DNA from: Hydrolagus colliei
Lineage: Eukaryota
Length of the DNA: 64,000 bases
Reading direction: 5' to 3'
Assembly: GCA_035084275.1 (NCBI GenBank)
Contig: CM068743.1
Location: 48,236,001-48,300,000 of the forward strand
Position 1 is the stretch's first letter. Each line of letters begins with the position of its first letter. The notes under the pieces were generated by a model. It worked only from the letters and a program-made list of their open reading frames with translations, made no database searches and was not told the DNA's origin. Shown here piece after piece: positions 61,134 to 64,000 of the stretch. The translations under genes were made by a program, and so were the position numbers.

Positions 61134-64000
61134 CTGTCGTAAACAAAATACATTGTTTGATATTTTTGGTAGTTATCAAATGCAGATACCTTCCTAACTA
61201 GATTTTTTGATGAGATCCTTTCACATGAGAGCACAACAAAGCTTTGAAATTTGTTCATGGCCACAAATAAAGCAACCAGATACGACCATAGCAACAACAT
61301 TCATGTGAATTAAACAGTTATTGAAAGCACAGGAGATGGAACATTTGAGAAATCAACAAGCCAGACACAAATTTTCTGTACAGTCTAATGCATCAATAAC
61401 TTCTAATTTATACCGCAGAGATTTTTTTTTATCCTTCTCACGATTAAACTCAAAATTCAGTCTCGGTTGACACTCCAATGCAGTGCTGGGAGTGGACTGT
61501 ATTGCCAGAGATGCCATCCTTCAGGTGAGACGTTAAATAAAGATCTTATCTGTCTGCTCAGGTACACATTAAAGATCCCATGGCACTACTTGGGGGGGGG
61601 GGGGAAAAAAGTGTTTCCCTCTGTGTTTTAACCAACAATCCTCCAACTCTATTAGTCACTCACTTCATCAACGTTGCTGTGTATAAATTTACTACCGTAT
61701 TCTCCTATAAAATACACAGCCACTAAATTTTACAGTAAATTCTGGCTTTGAGACATCCTCACATCAACGGTTTTACATCAAGTGTAAGGATTTTTTTTAA
61801 TTCCAAAAACCACCTCCCAGAAGTCAAGAAAGCACAAAATCACACCATTTATAGTGTAAATGGTCCTCAAATGATACTCCCTGCTACTAAAAAGCATGTA
61901 CAAGTCTTTGTTTCATTCAGAGCAACATACACAATTCAATTGGAACATGTACCCGCGCAGCGACAAAATTCTGATTAATGTATTTTAGATACAAAATCTT
62001 CAGAGTTTATTGTTGTAAATTAGCTGGAGGTCTCACAAGCTCAAAAGCTATCACTGCAGGAATGAGAGAACATTAGGCATTGCATTACAATATGTAAAAT
62101 TCAAAACCACATGGTGAAGTGTTAACATTCCTGAACATTGCTCATCTAGATTCAGTTTTGAGACTGGGAAACAGCTGCACTATTCAAACACCAAGTCACA
62201 CAGTGTGCAGTTCCATTCTCTGAATACTCTTCATTAAAAATATTCTGATCCATGTCATACTATTTTTAATATACAGCAGAACCACGGGATAAATGCCTAC
62301 TTAAATTCATTCTGATGGCCTTTTCACTCCCAATCACAACAGTACATCAACAGCACATGAAGCAGTGGAACTGCAGTCTCACTAAAGTTTCTAAAATGAG
62401 TGATGAATTGTTCAAAATGATCTAAAGAGAGGGTGTTTCCGTTAGAGTAACTGTTTCCATCCAGTCTAAAGGACATCTTAACAAGGTTTCATAAATTACA
62501 CAAGGGATTTGAATAGGTTTTCAGCAATCAGCATCTGATGACAACTTGCAGTTAACATGGAGGGAGTTATTTTATCAGAGCATAAGCATGCTCAAATATG
62601 TTAGAATGTTTTCCAATATATAAATATATACTGCATATACTGAAATGGAGCACTGTACTCCTACCTTGAAATATTAAATATATAAATATATATTTTCCAA
62701 TATAAACATATATTTTTTTCCAAGATATAAATTGCAGTAATCCTGAATTTCAAAGAACGTTTAAATGATCATCATAATAATATCAAATGGAAGGATTATT
62801 ATTATAATCCATTTACACTTTTTTTGTTAATAGCAGTTCAAGGAACAAAATGGAGTTGAGCATTATCAATCAGTTCACAAATTTTAAACATTAGCTTTCA
62901 ATCTACAAATAATAGTTGCCAAAGTGGATTCTATATGTTTATATTCACATGTTTTATAGATATTAATATTTATAAACTTAGCTGCGCATCAAATATAATA
63001 GTCACATGAGCATGGTATAAAAAAATATTGTTACTATAGCTTAGAAAAGGTTGGATTTACACTTGGGTCATCCTCCCAATAAGACAGACACTATATAAAT
63101 GTAAATCTGTGTTGTATATTTTAATAAAAGCTGGTGTTCCAGAAATATGTTGGACACAATGCAATCTTCTTCCACTTTTTGTTGCAGGGTATATTGTATA
63201 TTTCAATCTCAACAAACATTATAAATATATTTATCACTCACACATTATTACAGCACTACCCCAAAAATTAAGTCTGGTGGAAGATTGTTCGAATTGCATA
63301 TTTGTATATTGTTTAGGCAAGAAAGCAGTTAAGAATTGTGTCTTACTACTCAAAAAGAAAACTAGTCTGTAGGAAAGTGGCACATAATGAAACAGAGCAC
63401 TGTACTCCTACCTTGAAATAAAAAAATTCTAGCATAGTCGGAGACCACCCGTCCAATCAAGCCAAAAATGGTTAGCTCATCCAAAAGAATATATTCTAAT
63501 CCCAAATCCCCGCTCTTTCCCTTTATATTCTACCTCTTCAAGTGTTTAACCAATTCCTTTTAAATTATGTTATGACTCAGCTTCTTCAACAGCCACTTGC
63601 AGCAAAACATTCTGTATTGATAACCTATTGATACACAAAAATGTTTTCTTCTATCTGCCTCCTTAACTCTGTGATAAATTATTTAGATCCCTGTGTCCAT
63701 ATAACTAATTCTTAGTAGGAAATATCAGCAATATTCAATGTATTTATTAAGGCTAATTGTTTTAAACCAATTATTTCCTGCTTGTCCGCCAACTATTTTT
63801 TCTAACAATTCAATATTTATACAGACAAAATAAAGCACTAAAAGGTGGTGGTGGGGAGGTGGCGGTGGGTGGGAAGAATCGAACATCTGAAGGCATAGGA
63901 TCACAATTCCAGTACCAACAAGCATAATATCCAAACTTTAATGTTACAGTATATAAATAAAAGTATCCTTCACACTGTAAACCTCCGTGGTTGGTAAAAT

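Noticed and set aside
61134-64000. NGLY1 exon 1 or promoter
   Set aside because: No CpG island or N-terminal PUB peptide (e.g. ASKLLLTYADNIL-like) was seen; it probably lies beyond position 64000.

Overview
Vertebrate genomic DNA, most likely a cartilaginous fish (inferred from Deu-domain tRNA-SINEs, L2/CR1 LINEs and a Penelope-type repeat). Two genes lie in tandem on the minus strand, in the same order as at the human RARB-TOP2B-NGLY1-OXSM locus. (1) The 5' part of TOP2B: exon 1 CDS at 29349-29390, a 21.5-kb intron 1, exon 2 at 7677-7865, and a CpG-island promoter at about 29.3-30.5 kb; the rest of the gene runs off the left edge. (2) NGLY1 (peptide:N-glycanase) exons 2-12 at 38619-61133, all with GT-AG boundaries and consistent phases; exon 1 lies beyond the right edge. 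Introns and the intergenic region are packed with mobile DNA: L2 and CR1 fragments, tRNA-headed DeuSINEs, a fold-back Tigger/pogo-like MITE with a nested Tc2-like MITE, a hAT deletion derivative retaining a BED finger, and a decayed gag with two zinc knuckles. The most notable observations are a minimal hammerhead-ribozyme motif (34678-34722), an Asn-to-Ile change in the NGLY1 catalytic motif, a 21-bp in-exon duplication and an in-frame alternative acceptor in TOP2B exon 2, and a near-perfect 42-bp-arm palindrome in TOP2B intron 1. I found no clearly new multi-gene system. Repeat boundaries were set by eye and are approximate.
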